From: Oligoflexus sp.
Lineage (GTDB): Bacteria > Bdellovibrionota_B > Oligoflexia > Oligoflexales > Oligoflexaceae
DNA length: 64,000 bases
Assembly (NCBI GenBank): GCA_041736305.1
Contig: JBGSTX010000229.1
Span: 1-64,000 of the forward strand
Direction of reading: 5' to 3'
The position numbers were made by a program, and so were the translations under genes. This document shows positions 28,312-37,829 of the stretch, piece after piece (the first letter of the stretch is position 1; each line of letters starts with the position of its first letter). The notes under the pieces were generated by a model. That model saw only the letters and a list, made by a program, of their open reading frames with translations, was not told the DNA's origin and made no database searches.

Positions 28312-28531
28312 GGAAACCCTCCCTCTTCCTGGCTTATCGACCGAAAGCAGTCCCATCCTTTAATTTTTTTTTGGAGTATTTTTTTTGGTAAATTTTTACG
28401 GTGGTTTAGACAGGCGCGTCGAGACCCAATGTATTCCCTCATAAAAAGACGGAGTAAAAAAAGCAATTGGTTGCAAGGCAGCTATCTTCTATTCTAAGGC
28501 CCGACAGTGTAAACCCGCGGAGGCTCGGCCC

Positions 28532-29608
28532 ATGACTGAATTATTCTCCCATCTTACTATTCGCGATGTCAGCTTTCGTAATCGTATCTTCGTCTCGCCG
28601 ATGTGTCAGTATTCTAGCCAGGATGGACTTCCCAACAACTGGCATCTGGTCCATCTCGGTAGCCGTGCAGTAGGTGGAGCTGGTCTCGTCATGGTCGAAG
28701 CGAGTGCCGTCTCGCCCGAAGGCCGCATTACACCCGCCGACACCGGTATATGGAACGACGAGCAAGCTGAGGCTTTCCTTCCCATAACAGGTTTCATAAG
28801 AGAACAGGGCTCAGTCGCCGCAATTCAGCTAGCCCATGCAGGTCGCAAAGCCGGTAGCAGTCTACCTTGGACGGGTGGAAGGCCGCTCTCAGCGAAAGAG
28901 GGAGGTTGGACTCCAATCGGCCCAAGTCCTCTCCCATTCAATCAGGACTTTACACCTCCAAAAGAAATGAATGCAGCCGATATCGAGCAGCTGATCCGAA
29001 ATTTTCAGGACGCTGCACAGCGCAGTCATCATGCTGGTTTCGACGTCATCGAGCTGCATATGGCGCACGGCTATCTCCTTCACGAATTCCTTTCACCCCT
29101 CAGCAACCAGCGGAAAGATGGCTACGGCGGAGATTTCGAAGGACGCATTCGCCTACCCCTAGAAATTGTTCAGGCTGTTCGCGAAGTCTGGCCACACGGG
29201 AAACCGCTGTTTGTACGCATTTCTGCGACCGATTGGCTAGATGATGCATGGGACATTGAGCAAAGCGTCGAACTGGCTCTGCGCATGAAGGAAATGGGTG
29301 TGGATTTGATCGATTGTTCAAGCGGTGGAAATTCTCCCCACGCTCGGATACCAGTCGGCCCCGGCTTTCAGGTAGTCTTTGCCGAAACTCTGCGAAAAAA
29401 AGCCAAGATTGCGACAGGAGCCGTCGGTTTGATCGTCAATCCAAAGCAAGCCCAGGATATTATATCCCACGGTCAGGCAGATGCTGTCTTTATTGCTAGA
29501 GAGATGCTGCGTAATCCTTACTGGCCACTCCATGCTGCCCATGCTCTACATGCAAAAACAGCCTGGCCAAAGCAGTACGAACGAGCCAAACCGCTTGATG
29601 CCGAATAA
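28532..29608 (+). CDS. NADH:flavin oxidoreductase (Old Yellow Enzyme, YqjM/NamA-like)
   Basis: Motifs SPMCQYS, QLAHAGRKA and HMAHGYLLHEFLSPLSNQR. Confidence 0.93.
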   Translation: MTELFSHLTIRDVSFRNRIFVSPMCQYSSQDGLPNNWHLVHLGSRAVGGAGLVMVEASAVSPEGRITPADTGIWNDEQAEAFLPITGFIREQGSVAAIQLAHAGRKAGSSLPWTGGRPLSAKEGGWTPIGPSPLPFNQDFTPPKEMNAADIEQLIRNFQDAAQRSHHAGFDVIELHMAHGYLLHEFLSPLSNQRKDGYGGDFEGRIRLPLEIVQAVREVWPHGKPLFVRISATDWLDDAWDIEQSVELALRMKEMGVDLIDCSSGGNSPHARIPVGPGFQVVFAETLRKKAKIATGAVGLIVNPKQAQDIISHGQADAVFIAREMLRNPYWPLHAAHALHAKTAWPKQYERAKPLDAE

Positions 29609-29615
29609 TAAGTTC

Positions 29616-30002
29616 CTATTCTGACTTCTTGTCGACAAGCACCTGATAGCCTGCTTTGCAGCTAGGGCACATGCCATAAATAGGGGGTAGGACGTCTTCG
29701 AACTGGACCTTAAACTTTTTGTGGCATTGCGGACAGTCTGCTTCACCCTCGAGACTCTTGATCATGCGGCGACTTTTGAAGAAAACCAGTATCCCCATAA
29801 TGGGGCCGAAGAATAGACCCAGAGGTGTGACGACGAGATGAACGACAGGCACCGGAAGGCAAATAAGTGCTACAGCCCAGAGTCCTAACCAGGCTTTTGT
29901 TGCCTTAAAAAGCATTGTCTTCATTCCAGGCAAATGGACTTGGCCAGGTAAATTTTGGGTGGTTCCGCCGAATTTTATGGCAAGGGAGGCTGCTGCTGTC
30001 AT
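29616..30002 (-). CDS. small membrane protein with a C-terminal zinc ribbon
   Basis: Two TM segments followed by CPQC...CPSC. Confidence 0.7.
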   Translation of the reverse strand: MTAAASLAIKFGGTTQNLPGQVHLPGMKTMLFKATKAWLGLWAVALICLPVPVVHLVVTPLGLFFGPIMGILVFFKSRRMIKSLEGEADCPQCHKKFKVQFEDVLPPIYGMCPSCKAGYQVLVDKKSE

Positions 30003-30102
30003 AGGTGAAACTCCAGGCTGGAAGCTGAGAGAATTCTATCTCACCTAACCGCTATACCAAGCTTAAATGTCTGTCTCAATGGGAGATAGGCCTCTTCTCT
30101 GC

Positions 30103-31269
30103 TCAAGCTGCTTTTTCTACCCAGTCGATTTCAAGCATGTCTGCAGCGAGGCCGATAAGGTCTCGTGATTCGCCCCCGCTTAGTTTTTTGCACAGCGATT
30201 CGTATTCGAAAAAGCAGACCTTGGCTAACTTGTAATGATGGCAGCGATAGAGCCAGCGAGCTAGATAGAGCCAAATGAGTAGCTCATGCTCGACCTTAGC
30301 CAATAATTTTATTTTTGGAAAAATCTTTTTAATATCCTCTAGGCGCCTGGGAAAAGGGAGCTGGCTGTCATAGGCCATCTCGAGGCTTTGCGCGATGCTG
30401 AAGAGGACCGCGTTTCCACCCTGATAGAGTTTCTTTAAGGAACTGCTTGAAGAGACTTTCATCACTTTTTGTGACCAAAGAGTTTTCGGATGACAGCCCG
30501 CATAGAGAAAGAGCTCCAGCTGATAATTCTTCTCATGCAGGGGCTGGCCCTTCTTGGTTAGAGCCACCATTGAACTCAGATCTTGGGTTTTCCTGACTTC
30601 GAGACAGGTCTTCTCCCAGAGGAGTGCTGCCTGCAGCATAGGAGATTGCAGATTTTCGTTGATACCGTCAGCACCCTGAAGCCTTTGCAGGCGGACTAAT
30701 TGAAACTGAATTTCCTCGCGCAGGGCTGCATTTTCAGCAAGTGATAGAGCTTTTTGAAAGAAGATTTTCGCGGTCTCGCCCTGTCCCATCCGCAAGGTGT
30801 TGAGCCCCATATCCAGCTGCTGCCGTGCTTCCAATTCAGCCGGTAGGTCAGCAGCGTAGTTGCCTATTTCTAGTTCCCAAAGGGCGAGCCAGGGCTCCCC
30901 TTGGCTCGCAGAGAGAGCGCTGAGTGCAGCATGCAACTCGGTATAGAGAAAGGAGCTTGGGCTGTGTCTCGGACGAACGCCAGCGACTTTCAGAATCGAT
31001 CGAGCCAGAGTCGAGAGATCTTGGACCTGTTTTTTGCTCAAGCCACCGAAGATATCTTGATGCCTAAGGGATTCAATAATGAGGATGAAGCAGCTAAGAA
31101 GCTGGGTCGCATCGGTATTCTCCTGAAGGATCTGAATGCGCTTCAATATATAAACGAGCAGCTGATCTTCATCTGAAGCAGTCAAGACCTGCACAAGTTC
31201 CTGGCGCAAGAGAATCTTCGTCTCTTCTATGTTCGCGCGGCGCCAAACATCTTTGCTTCGCTGGCTCAT
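30103..31269 (-). CDS. hypothetical all-helical (TPR-like) protein
   Basis: 388-aa ORF with AAGGA RBS; Leu-rich helical pattern. Confidence 0.7.
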   Translation of the reverse strand: MSQRSKDVWRRANIEETKILLRQELVQVLTASDEDQLLVYILKRIQILQENTDATQLLSCFILIIESLRHQDIFGGLSKKQVQDLSTLARSILKVAGVRPRHSPSSFLYTELHAALSALSASQGEPWLALWELEIGNYAADLPAELEARQQLDMGLNTLRMGQGETAKIFFQKALSLAENAALREEIQFQLVRLQRLQGADGINENLQSPMLQAALLWEKTCLEVRKTQDLSSMVALTKKGQPLHEKNYQLELFLYAGCHPKTLWSQKVMKVSSSSSLKKLYQGGNAVLFSIAQSLEMAYDSQLPFPRRLEDIKKIFPKIKLLAKVEHELLIWLYLARWLYRCHHYKLAKVCFFEYESLCKKLSGGESRDLIGLAADMLEIDWVEKAA

Positions 31270-31396
31270 CTGCTACGTCCTTCTCTCAGGCTTTCAATAG
31301 CTCTTCCTCTTCGGTAAGAAAGTAGCAAAAGCTTAAGGACTTTTTTCCGACTTCCGCTTATAATCCTGTAATTATTTGATTATTTGAAGTATTGAA

Positions 31397-32041
31397 TTAT
31401 TTTTCCAGGCGCTGCAGATAAGCTGGATCCTGGATGTCGGCATAGAAGCTGCCGATATCGGTCTTTCTCTGTCTCCAGCTCTGGACCTCTAGCATCGGGC
31501 GCCCCTCGTAGTCAGTCGCTGGTCGTCCTAGACAAAGGAGGCCCATAGGTTCCCAGCTGGACGGGGCCCCCAGACTTCTAGCCAATCCCGGCAGATCGAG
31601 TATGGTCACCCAACCTGCTCCAAAGCCTTCGGCCGTCAGCGCTAGCCAGAGGTTTTGCATGGCACAGGCGCAACTCCATTCGAGGGCTCGGCGTTGACCT
31701 ATGATTCCGATAGTGTATTCAGATTCGGAGGGATAAGCACAGAAAAAGGCGAGCAGCGTCGGCGCTTCAGAGATAGCCTCAAGCTTGAGATTTTTGTGAA
31801 GGGCAAGGCGCTCTTTATCGTCGATCGAGTCTTCGGCCGCTTCGCGTTTTAAACTGAAGCTCGCGAGGAGCAGCTGGCGATCTGTGGAACTGATATCGAG
31901 AAAACGCCAAGGTTGGGAGAGACCAACAGAGGGAGCAGCCAAGGCTGCCTCCAGAGCTTTTTGGAGCACGGCCGCTGGAACTTTTTCACTCGTAAAATGC
32001 CGCGTATCACGACGTCGAACGATTGCTTCGTAGAGATCCAT
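31397..32041 (-). CDS. bluB: 5,6-dimethylbenzimidazole synthase (nitroreductase fold)
   Basis: Motifs RRRDTRHF, APSVGLSQPWRF, LKLEAI and CAMQNLWL...EGFGAGWV. Confidence 0.85.
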   Translation of the reverse strand: MDLYEAIVRRRDTRHFTSEKVPAAVLQKALEAALAAPSVGLSQPWRFLDISSTDRQLLLASFSLKREAAEDSIDDKERLALHKNLKLEAISEAPTLLAFFCAYPSESEYTIGIIGQRRALEWSCACAMQNLWLALTAEGFGAGWVTILDLPGLARSLGAPSSWEPMGLLCLGRPATDYEGRPMLEVQSWRQRKTDIGSFYADIQDPAYLQRLEK

Positions 32042-32051
32042 GCGCCACTCG

Positions 32052-32076
32052 AAAAAAAAGGCTGCCGTAGCAGCCT
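32052..32076 (-). terminator. intrinsic terminator between the small cytochrome gene and bluB
   Basis: AGGCTGC-TACG-GCAGCCT followed by a U tract on the - strand. Confidence 0.7.
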
Positions 32077-32093
32077 ATACTAAAAACTCGAGA

Positions 32094-32393
32094 CTATTTT
32101 AGCCGCTGTAGGTCTTTGATGATCCGAGCTTTTACTGCATCGCTTACTTGCTCAGGAGCATAAGAAGGTGGCATTTGCAGCTCTTCAGGTGCCTTGGGGT
32201 CGAGACGCTTAATGATTTCAGCTGCTTCGTCCGCTATAGAAGCGGAATCTGTGAACTGAGCATGGCATGCCGCGCAAACTTCGGTGAATACTTTATTAGT
32301 CTCAGCCGAGAGTTTTACCTGAGCGAAAGCTGGCAGACTGCTCATCACAGAGCCAAGAGTCAGAAGCAGGGGAACCATTTTCTTAGTGTGCAT
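32094..32393 (-). CDS. small secreted monoheme cytochrome c
   Basis: GGAGG RBS; signal peptide (AFA); CAACH; distal QMPP. Confidence 0.8.
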   Translation of the reverse strand: MHTKKMVPLLLTLGSVMSSLPAFAQVKLSAETNKVFTEVCAACHAQFTDSASIADEAAEIIKRLDPKAPEELQMPPSYAPEQVSDAVKARIIKDLQRLK

Positions 32394-32504
32394 CGCGTAG
32401 GACCTCCAGTGTTAGGTCTCATGCGTATTCCACAGCTGCATCCAGGATTCAAGTTCAATTCTTATGCAGGACAGCTTGGGTCAGCAGTAGAGGCATGCTC
32501 GCGC

Positions 32505-34067
32505 TCACATCGCAAAGATGCGAAAGTCTCTATCGATTTCGGCGCCACCCACCCGCGGGCTGTTCCAACGGAGGCTCAGGATGTTGATGCCGGCACTGGG
32601 GTCGAAAATGAAATCGGCAAATCCATTGCTTACGGAGGCTTCAGAGACTTTGCTGCCGTTTAGAAGCAACTCTACTTTCGAGTCTGCTTGGAGAGCTTCA
32701 CCGACTTCCACGCGTAACTGCGTCCGCTTGCCCATAAAAACACCGCCATTTGTGCGGCCATCGAGTATCAGTCGATAGTAACCGACGACCTGCCCCCAGG
32801 CCACGATATCCTGGGAGATAGGCCAAAATCGGATATCATAAAGATTTTCAGGCTTATCACGAAACGGCGTTTCTGGATCGAGACCGATCGATTCCGCCCA
32901 GAGTCTGATGACTTCGTTATTACTGAGGTGAGGGTTGCCGGCTCGCGTATCACCGCTGGCGACGGTCGGCTCAAAGGGCATCCAGATAAAATCCGGATGG
33001 TCGTTGCGTGAACTGCCTTGCCATTCCCCACCGACCAATCTCTGGGACTGGTCTAGTTCTAGAATATAGGAATAAGTTTTCGAGCTAAGTTCAGGCGGGA
33101 TAGTACCCGAGCCGTTGAGATCTGAGCGCGACTCACGGTAATTGAGAGTCATGCTCACCTTGATGAGACTGGCTGCGCCCGGATTAAAAATCCAGCTCTT
33201 GCCACCCAGACCCATCTCGCTCATCGCCTGGGCAGGTGTCAGGGGGCCCGAAGTCGTGTAGCTGTAGCTATAAATCGGATAGTTCCAAACTTCATTGTAA
33301 GCAGCGAAATCAAACACCAACGGCTGCTTCATGCGGCCGAGAAAATTGACGATACCTGCGTGAAAACTAGCGGGATTGGCATCGTTGCAGCTATCCATCC
33401 GAGTCGGCTCTGAGCGAGGATAAGGCTCTTGACCCAGTTCAGTGAAGGTCTTCTCGCAGCGCTCTCCGGCGATAAACTTAGCTTTCGCATTCATATTCAT
33501 TTCAGTGAGTAAAGCTCTGATGTCGCCGGGACTGAACACCGTGCAGGGCTTTCCCTTATCGTTAGGATCGCAAGCCTTTGGGCGGTTCACTGCTAATCTC
33601 GGATTCTGAAATCGGATAGTCGAAGCCGAGTTCCCATCGCAGTGCCCAGCCCAGGAGACGCTTCCCCCGTGATGGCTCGCCTCCCAGAGGGCAGCCTTCG
33701 CTTCGCCGTTATAGAAAGCTTGATCATAGCGCTGTAGAGCACCAGCCATGTTGGTGCCGCCCTTGCTCTGCGGATACCAGGAGTCCAGGTAGGGCTTGCG
33801 CTCTGGTATCGCTGAACCGGAGGACAAAGCTTCCAAATCAGACCATTTTATCGAGTACTCATCGCGTCCGAAGACTCGATAATAGAAATCGCGCACATCA
33901 TCGAGCTGAACGGAATCACTGGAGTAGAGGACCTGTTTCACACCTTCTCGCGGCGATTCTGCAGCGAGGCGCAGGGGAGCGGGGCTACAAGCGCCTAAGA
34001 ACGCCGAAGCTGCGAAGATATCTTGGGCTAGGGACCGCAAAGCTTTCATTGAGGCGGCTTCCTTCAC
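32505..34067 (-). CDS. transglutaminase-elicitor (GP42-like) lipoprotein, paralogue 3
   Basis: Lipobox FLGAC (alternative ATG at 34049); WAGHCDG, DANPASFH, EVWNYPI, YILELD, GGEW and HPDFIW. Confidence 0.8.
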   Translation of the reverse strand: MKEAASMKALRSLAQDIFAASAFLGACSPAPLRLAAESPREGVKQVLYSSDSVQLDDVRDFYYRVFGRDEYSIKWSDLEALSSGSAIPERKPYLDSWYPQSKGGTNMAGALQRYDQAFYNGEAKAALWEASHHGGSVSWAGHCDGNSASTIRFQNPRLAVNRPKACDPNDKGKPCTVFSPGDIRALLTEMNMNAKAKFIAGERCEKTFTELGQEPYPRSEPTRMDSCNDANPASFHAGIVNFLGRMKQPLVFDFAAYNEVWNYPIYSYSYTTSGPLTPAQAMSEMGLGGKSWIFNPGAASLIKVSMTLNYRESRSDLNGSGTIPPELSSKTYSYILELDQSQRLVGGEWQGSSRNDHPDFIWMPFEPTVASGDTRAGNPHLSNNEVIRLWAESIGLDPETPFRDKPENLYDIRFWPISQDIVAWGQVVGYYRLILDGRTNGGVFMGKRTQLRVEVGEALQADSKVELLLNGSKVSEASVSNGFADFIFDPSAGINILSLRWNSPRVGGAEIDRDFRIFAM

Positions 34068-35614
34068 ATCGCGTAGTAGCGAAAGTCCTTATTTATCTCG
34101 GCATTTGGGACTGTTTGTGAAGTCCAGCGGAGACCGATAATATTGATGCCAGGCTTGGAATCGAACTGCACGTCAACGCTACTATTTGATACGAAGGACT
34201 TGCCCACACTGCTGCCATTAACCAGAACTTCCACCTGTGCCTGGGCTTTTAAAGGAGTGTCTACTTCGACGCGAAGGTAGGTCTTTTTACCGAGAAAAGT
34301 AGCTCCCGTTCTTCGGCCATCGAGAACCAATTGATAGTAGCCTGGCGCGAATCCCCAACTCCTGACATCGTCAGAAGTAGGAAAGAAGCGAACATCGTAA
34401 GGATTGTCGGGCTTGTCACGAAATGGTGAACTGGGGTCCAAACCCACCGATTCAGCCCACATTTTGGTGACCTCATCGATGTTTATATGTGGGTTTGCTT
34501 CGTTGCTCGTAGTTGAGGGCTCAAAGGGCATCCATAAAAAGTCAGGGTGGTCCAGACGGGAAGCAGCGGACCATTCACCGCCGACGATCTGCCCTTGCTT
34601 ATTAACTTCCAGAACGTAGGAGTAAGTCTTTTCACTCAGACTGGCGGGCACAGTGCCGGCTCCAACCAAGTCCCGACGCGAAGTCCGAAACCCGATGGTC
34701 ATGGTAACGTAGTACCAACGCACCACATCTGGATTAAAGACCCATTCATTACCCCTATAGCCGGCCGCGTCCAGAGCCGCGCTAGCGGAGGACAGCTGCG
34801 TGGCCGTGTAACTGTAGTTGTAGATGGGATAATTCCACACTTCTTCGTCATGGCTTTCGTCGAAGACGAGAGGTTGCTTCATTCGGCCGAGGAAATTCAC
34901 AAGGCCGACGTGAAAGCTGGCAGGATTAACGTCATCACAGGAATCCATCTGCTTTAGATTCGATCGCGGGTTGGGTCTTTGACTCAGTTGCTCGCTGGTC
35001 AATCGGCAGCGGTCTCCGGCAATAAACTTAGCTTTTGCCCGCATACTTATCTCGCTGAGCAGGGCACGGATATCGTTCGGTGAAAATACGGTGCAGCCCG
35101 AGCTACCTGGATTGCATCCGCTCGGGCGAGCAACCGATCTTTGGGGATTTATATAGCGAATCGAAGCCGCAGAGGTACCGTCGCAGTGCCCGAACCAAGG
35201 CAGCGCGTTGATCGCTCCGTGCTCATTAACTTCCCAGCTTGCGGCCCTCGATTGACCGTTGTAAAAAGCCTGGTCGTAGCGGGAGAGAGCACCGCCGACA
35301 TTGGTGCCACCTTCGGTATTAGGATACCAAGAATCCAGATAGGGTTTCCGTTCTGGGATCCCGGAACCGCTGCGGAAATTATCGAGTTCGCTCCACTGTG
35401 TGGTGTACTGATCCCGTCCGAAGACATTGTAATAGAAAGCCCGGATGTCATCCAATTTGGCTTTGTCCGCAGCATACTGATATTCAGCCTGCAAGGCCTC
35501 ATCTGTAAATGCCCGGGCTGGAACTCCTTTAGGAGCCGGCTGGCAACTCAGATGTGGTCCGAGACTCAGAGCGAACAGGATAGCCTTAGATTTGCTTAAA
35601 GGCGATATCATCAT
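34064..35614 (-). CDS. transglutaminase-elicitor (GP42-like) lipoprotein, paralogue 2
   Basis: Signal ending HLSC; WFGHCDG, DVNPASFH, EVWNYPI, GGEW and HPDFLW. Confidence 0.8.
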   Translation of the reverse strand: MMISPLSKSKAILFALSLGPHLSCQPAPKGVPARAFTDEALQAEYQYAADKAKLDDIRAFYYNVFGRDQYTTQWSELDNFRSGSGIPERKPYLDSWYPNTEGGTNVGGALSRYDQAFYNGQSRAASWEVNEHGAINALPWFGHCDGTSAASIRYINPQRSVARPSGCNPGSSGCTVFSPNDIRALLSEISMRAKAKFIAGDRCRLTSEQLSQRPNPRSNLKQMDSCDDVNPASFHVGLVNFLGRMKQPLVFDESHDEEVWNYPIYNYSYTATQLSSASAALDAAGYRGNEWVFNPDVVRWYYVTMTIGFRTSRRDLVGAGTVPASLSEKTYSYVLEVNKQGQIVGGEWSAASRLDHPDFLWMPFEPSTTSNEANPHINIDEVTKMWAESVGLDPSSPFRDKPDNPYDVRFFPTSDDVRSWGFAPGYYQLVLDGRRTGATFLGKKTYLRVEVDTPLKAQAQVEVLVNGSSVGKSFVSNSSVDVQFDSKPGINIIGLRWTSQTVPNAEINKDFRYYAM

Positions 35615-35638
35615 GCTACCTTTCGGGCACAGCGCTTC

Positions 35639-37189
35639 CTACATTGCATAAAAGCGAAAATCACGATTGAGCTCTGCACCATCTACCTTTGCCGAGTTCC
35701 AGCGCAGATTGATGATATTGATGCCAGCTTGGGGATCGAAAAGTACATCGAGCCTACCGTTTTTGGGAGCAGCCGTGCTTATCGCCTGCCCGTTCACCAG
35801 AATATCGACTGAAGCTTCGGTCTTGAGTGGATCTGAGACTTCGATGCGGAGGTGCGTTTTCTTACCGAGAAACGCTGAGCCGCTGCGTCGCCCATCGAGT
35901 ATGAGGTGGTAGTATCCAGCGGCTTCCCCCCATTCTAGGTCGGTATTGCTGGGAAAAAAGCGCACATCGTAGGTATTGTTGGGTTTGTCATGGAAAGGGT
36001 CGTTCGGATTAAAACCAACTGATTCAGCCCAAATTTTAGTGACTTCCTGGTTCGAAAGAAAAGGATTGCCGCCCCCCTTATCACCGGTCGGTGTATCAGG
36101 TTGAAAAGGCATCCAAATGAAGTCAGGGTGATCGCTGCGTGAAGCGCCGACCCATTCGCCTCCAAGTATCTGACCCCGATCATCGAGTTCGAGTATATAG
36201 GTGTAGACCTTTGCATCAAGGGTAGGAGGTATAGTTCCCGCGCCGTTGAAGTCGAAGGTTGAGGTTCGATAGTAGACGGTCATGGTCACGCGCTGCCAAG
36301 AGACCGCTTTCGGGTTGAAGACCCATTTGTCGACAGCTAGGCCCAGCTCGGTGATGGCTTGGGCTTCGTTGAGAGGACCACCTGTTTCAAAGCTATAAGC
36401 GTGTATGGGGTAATTCCAGACTTCTTCATCCTGATTGTAGTCGAAGATAAGGGGCTGTTTCATCCGACCAATAAAGTTCACTAGCGCCGTGTGGAAGCTA
36501 CCTGGATTCACATCTTCGCAGGCATCCATCGTGAGGGGATTGCTTCGAACCAGAGGCCGACTATCGATCTGTGCACGAGTCAGGCGGCAGCGTTCTCCTG
36601 ATATGAACTTAGCCATGGCGTTCATATTCACTTCAGAGAGGAGAGCTCGAACGTCGGCTGGGGTAAATTCAACGCAACCGTTGGTGCCGGGAGTGCATTC
36701 CGCGGGTCGGTAGACTGAGCGCTGAGGATTTTGGTAGCGTATCGATGCCGCAGATGTGCCGTTGCAGTGACCATACCAACTCACAGTAGTATTGCCGTGC
36801 TGCTCTGCTTCCCACTTAGCAGCCTTAGGCTCACTATTGTAGAAGGCGCGATCGTAGACCTTAAGCGCGCTGTTAACGTCAGTGCCTCCGCTAGCCTCGG
36901 GATACCATGAGTCCAAGTAAGGAAGGCGTTCGGATGTTGCCGATCCGCTGCGATAGCGTTCGCTCTCGGCCCAGGCCGTTGAATACTCATCCCGACCGAA
37001 AGTCCGAGCATAGAAATCTCGCACGTCATCGAATTCAACTTGGTCGCTTGCATAGAGGCCTTTTTCTGGGCCTGCAGGCAGTGCTCTTGCAACCGACTCC
37101 GCCCGCTCGCAGGTAAAAGCTGTGGCTAAAAGCCCTGGTATTAGTAAACCGAGGGTCACTCCGAAGCGTCTTGAGTATTGAAAAGCCAT
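35639..37189 (-). CDS. transglutaminase-elicitor (GP42-like) lipoprotein, paralogue 1
   Basis: Signal ending AFTC; WYGHCNG, DVNPGSFH, EVWNYPI, GGEW and HPDFIW. Confidence 0.8.
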   Translation of the reverse strand: MAFQYSRRFGVTLGLLIPGLLATAFTCERAESVARALPAGPEKGLYASDQVEFDDVRDFYARTFGRDEYSTAWAESERYRSGSATSERLPYLDSWYPEASGGTDVNSALKVYDRAFYNSEPKAAKWEAEQHGNTTVSWYGHCNGTSAASIRYQNPQRSVYRPAECTPGTNGCVEFTPADVRALLSEVNMNAMAKFISGERCRLTRAQIDSRPLVRSNPLTMDACEDVNPGSFHTALVNFIGRMKQPLIFDYNQDEEVWNYPIHAYSFETGGPLNEAQAITELGLAVDKWVFNPKAVSWQRVTMTVYYRTSTFDFNGAGTIPPTLDAKVYTYILELDDRGQILGGEWVGASRSDHPDFIWMPFQPDTPTGDKGGGNPFLSNQEVTKIWAESVGFNPNDPFHDKPNNTYDVRFFPSNTDLEWGEAAGYYHLILDGRRSGSAFLGKKTHLRIEVSDPLKTEASVDILVNGQAISTAAPKNGRLDVLFDPQAGINIINLRWNSAKVDGAELNRDFRFYAM

Positions 37190-37403
37190 GAGTCTTTACT
37201 CGCTTTGCCGTGTAACTCGCATTTCGATAAGGTAATTATAGCGAAATTAACTGTCCGCGAATACAGCCCCAGCCCAGCTCCCAGCCTTGTGAGCTTTTTG
37301 CTGCTTTCTTGTCAAAGAGACAAACGCCAGATTTTTTTGGCAGGACCAGGTCCCTAATTTTTTACTAGAGAGTTCCGAAGGGCTAGAGCCAGAAGGAGGG
37401 TTT

Positions 37404-37829
37404 ATGGGATTAGAGCTTAATATTCAGGCCGCTGGAACAGTTCTCGTCATCGACGATGATGCTGACACGAGCGAATTGATCAAGCGAACTCTCGAGGCTC
37501 ATACGCAGTTTCGGGTAGTGACGGCCGCAAGTGGGGCCGAAGGCCTTAGGTTGATAGAAAAAGAAAAGTTTGATGTCGTTATTCTCGACTACGTGATGCC
37601 CGCGATGGATGGCGCCGAATGCTTTCGCAGCATCAAGGAGCGAATCCCCCACGTTCCCGTCATTTTCTTGACAGGTTTTCCCGAGGAAGATCGGGAAAAG
37701 AAGCAGCTTGCGTTTGGGGCCTTTGATTTTATTACCAAGCCTATTGCTGCAAAAGACTTGGTCTTGCTCATCACCGACGCCCACCGCACCTGCGTACTTA
37801 TCCAGACCCTTTTGAAGAAGCGCGCCTAG
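37404..37829 (+). CDS. stand-alone response regulator receiver (CheY-like)
   Basis: AAGGAGG RBS; motifs VIDDD, LDYVMP.MDG, FLTG and FITKP. Confidence 0.9.
   Translation: MGLELNIQAAGTVLVIDDDADTSELIKRTLEAHTQFRVVTAASGAEGLRLIEKEKFDVVILDYVMPAMDGAECFRSIKERIPHVPVIFLTGFPEEDREKKQLAFGAFDFITKPIAAKDLVLLITDAHRTCVLIQTLLKKRA

Noticed and set aside
32040-32100. Cobalamin riboswitch upstream of bluB
   Set aside because: The intergenic gap is only about 50 nt and has no B12-box.
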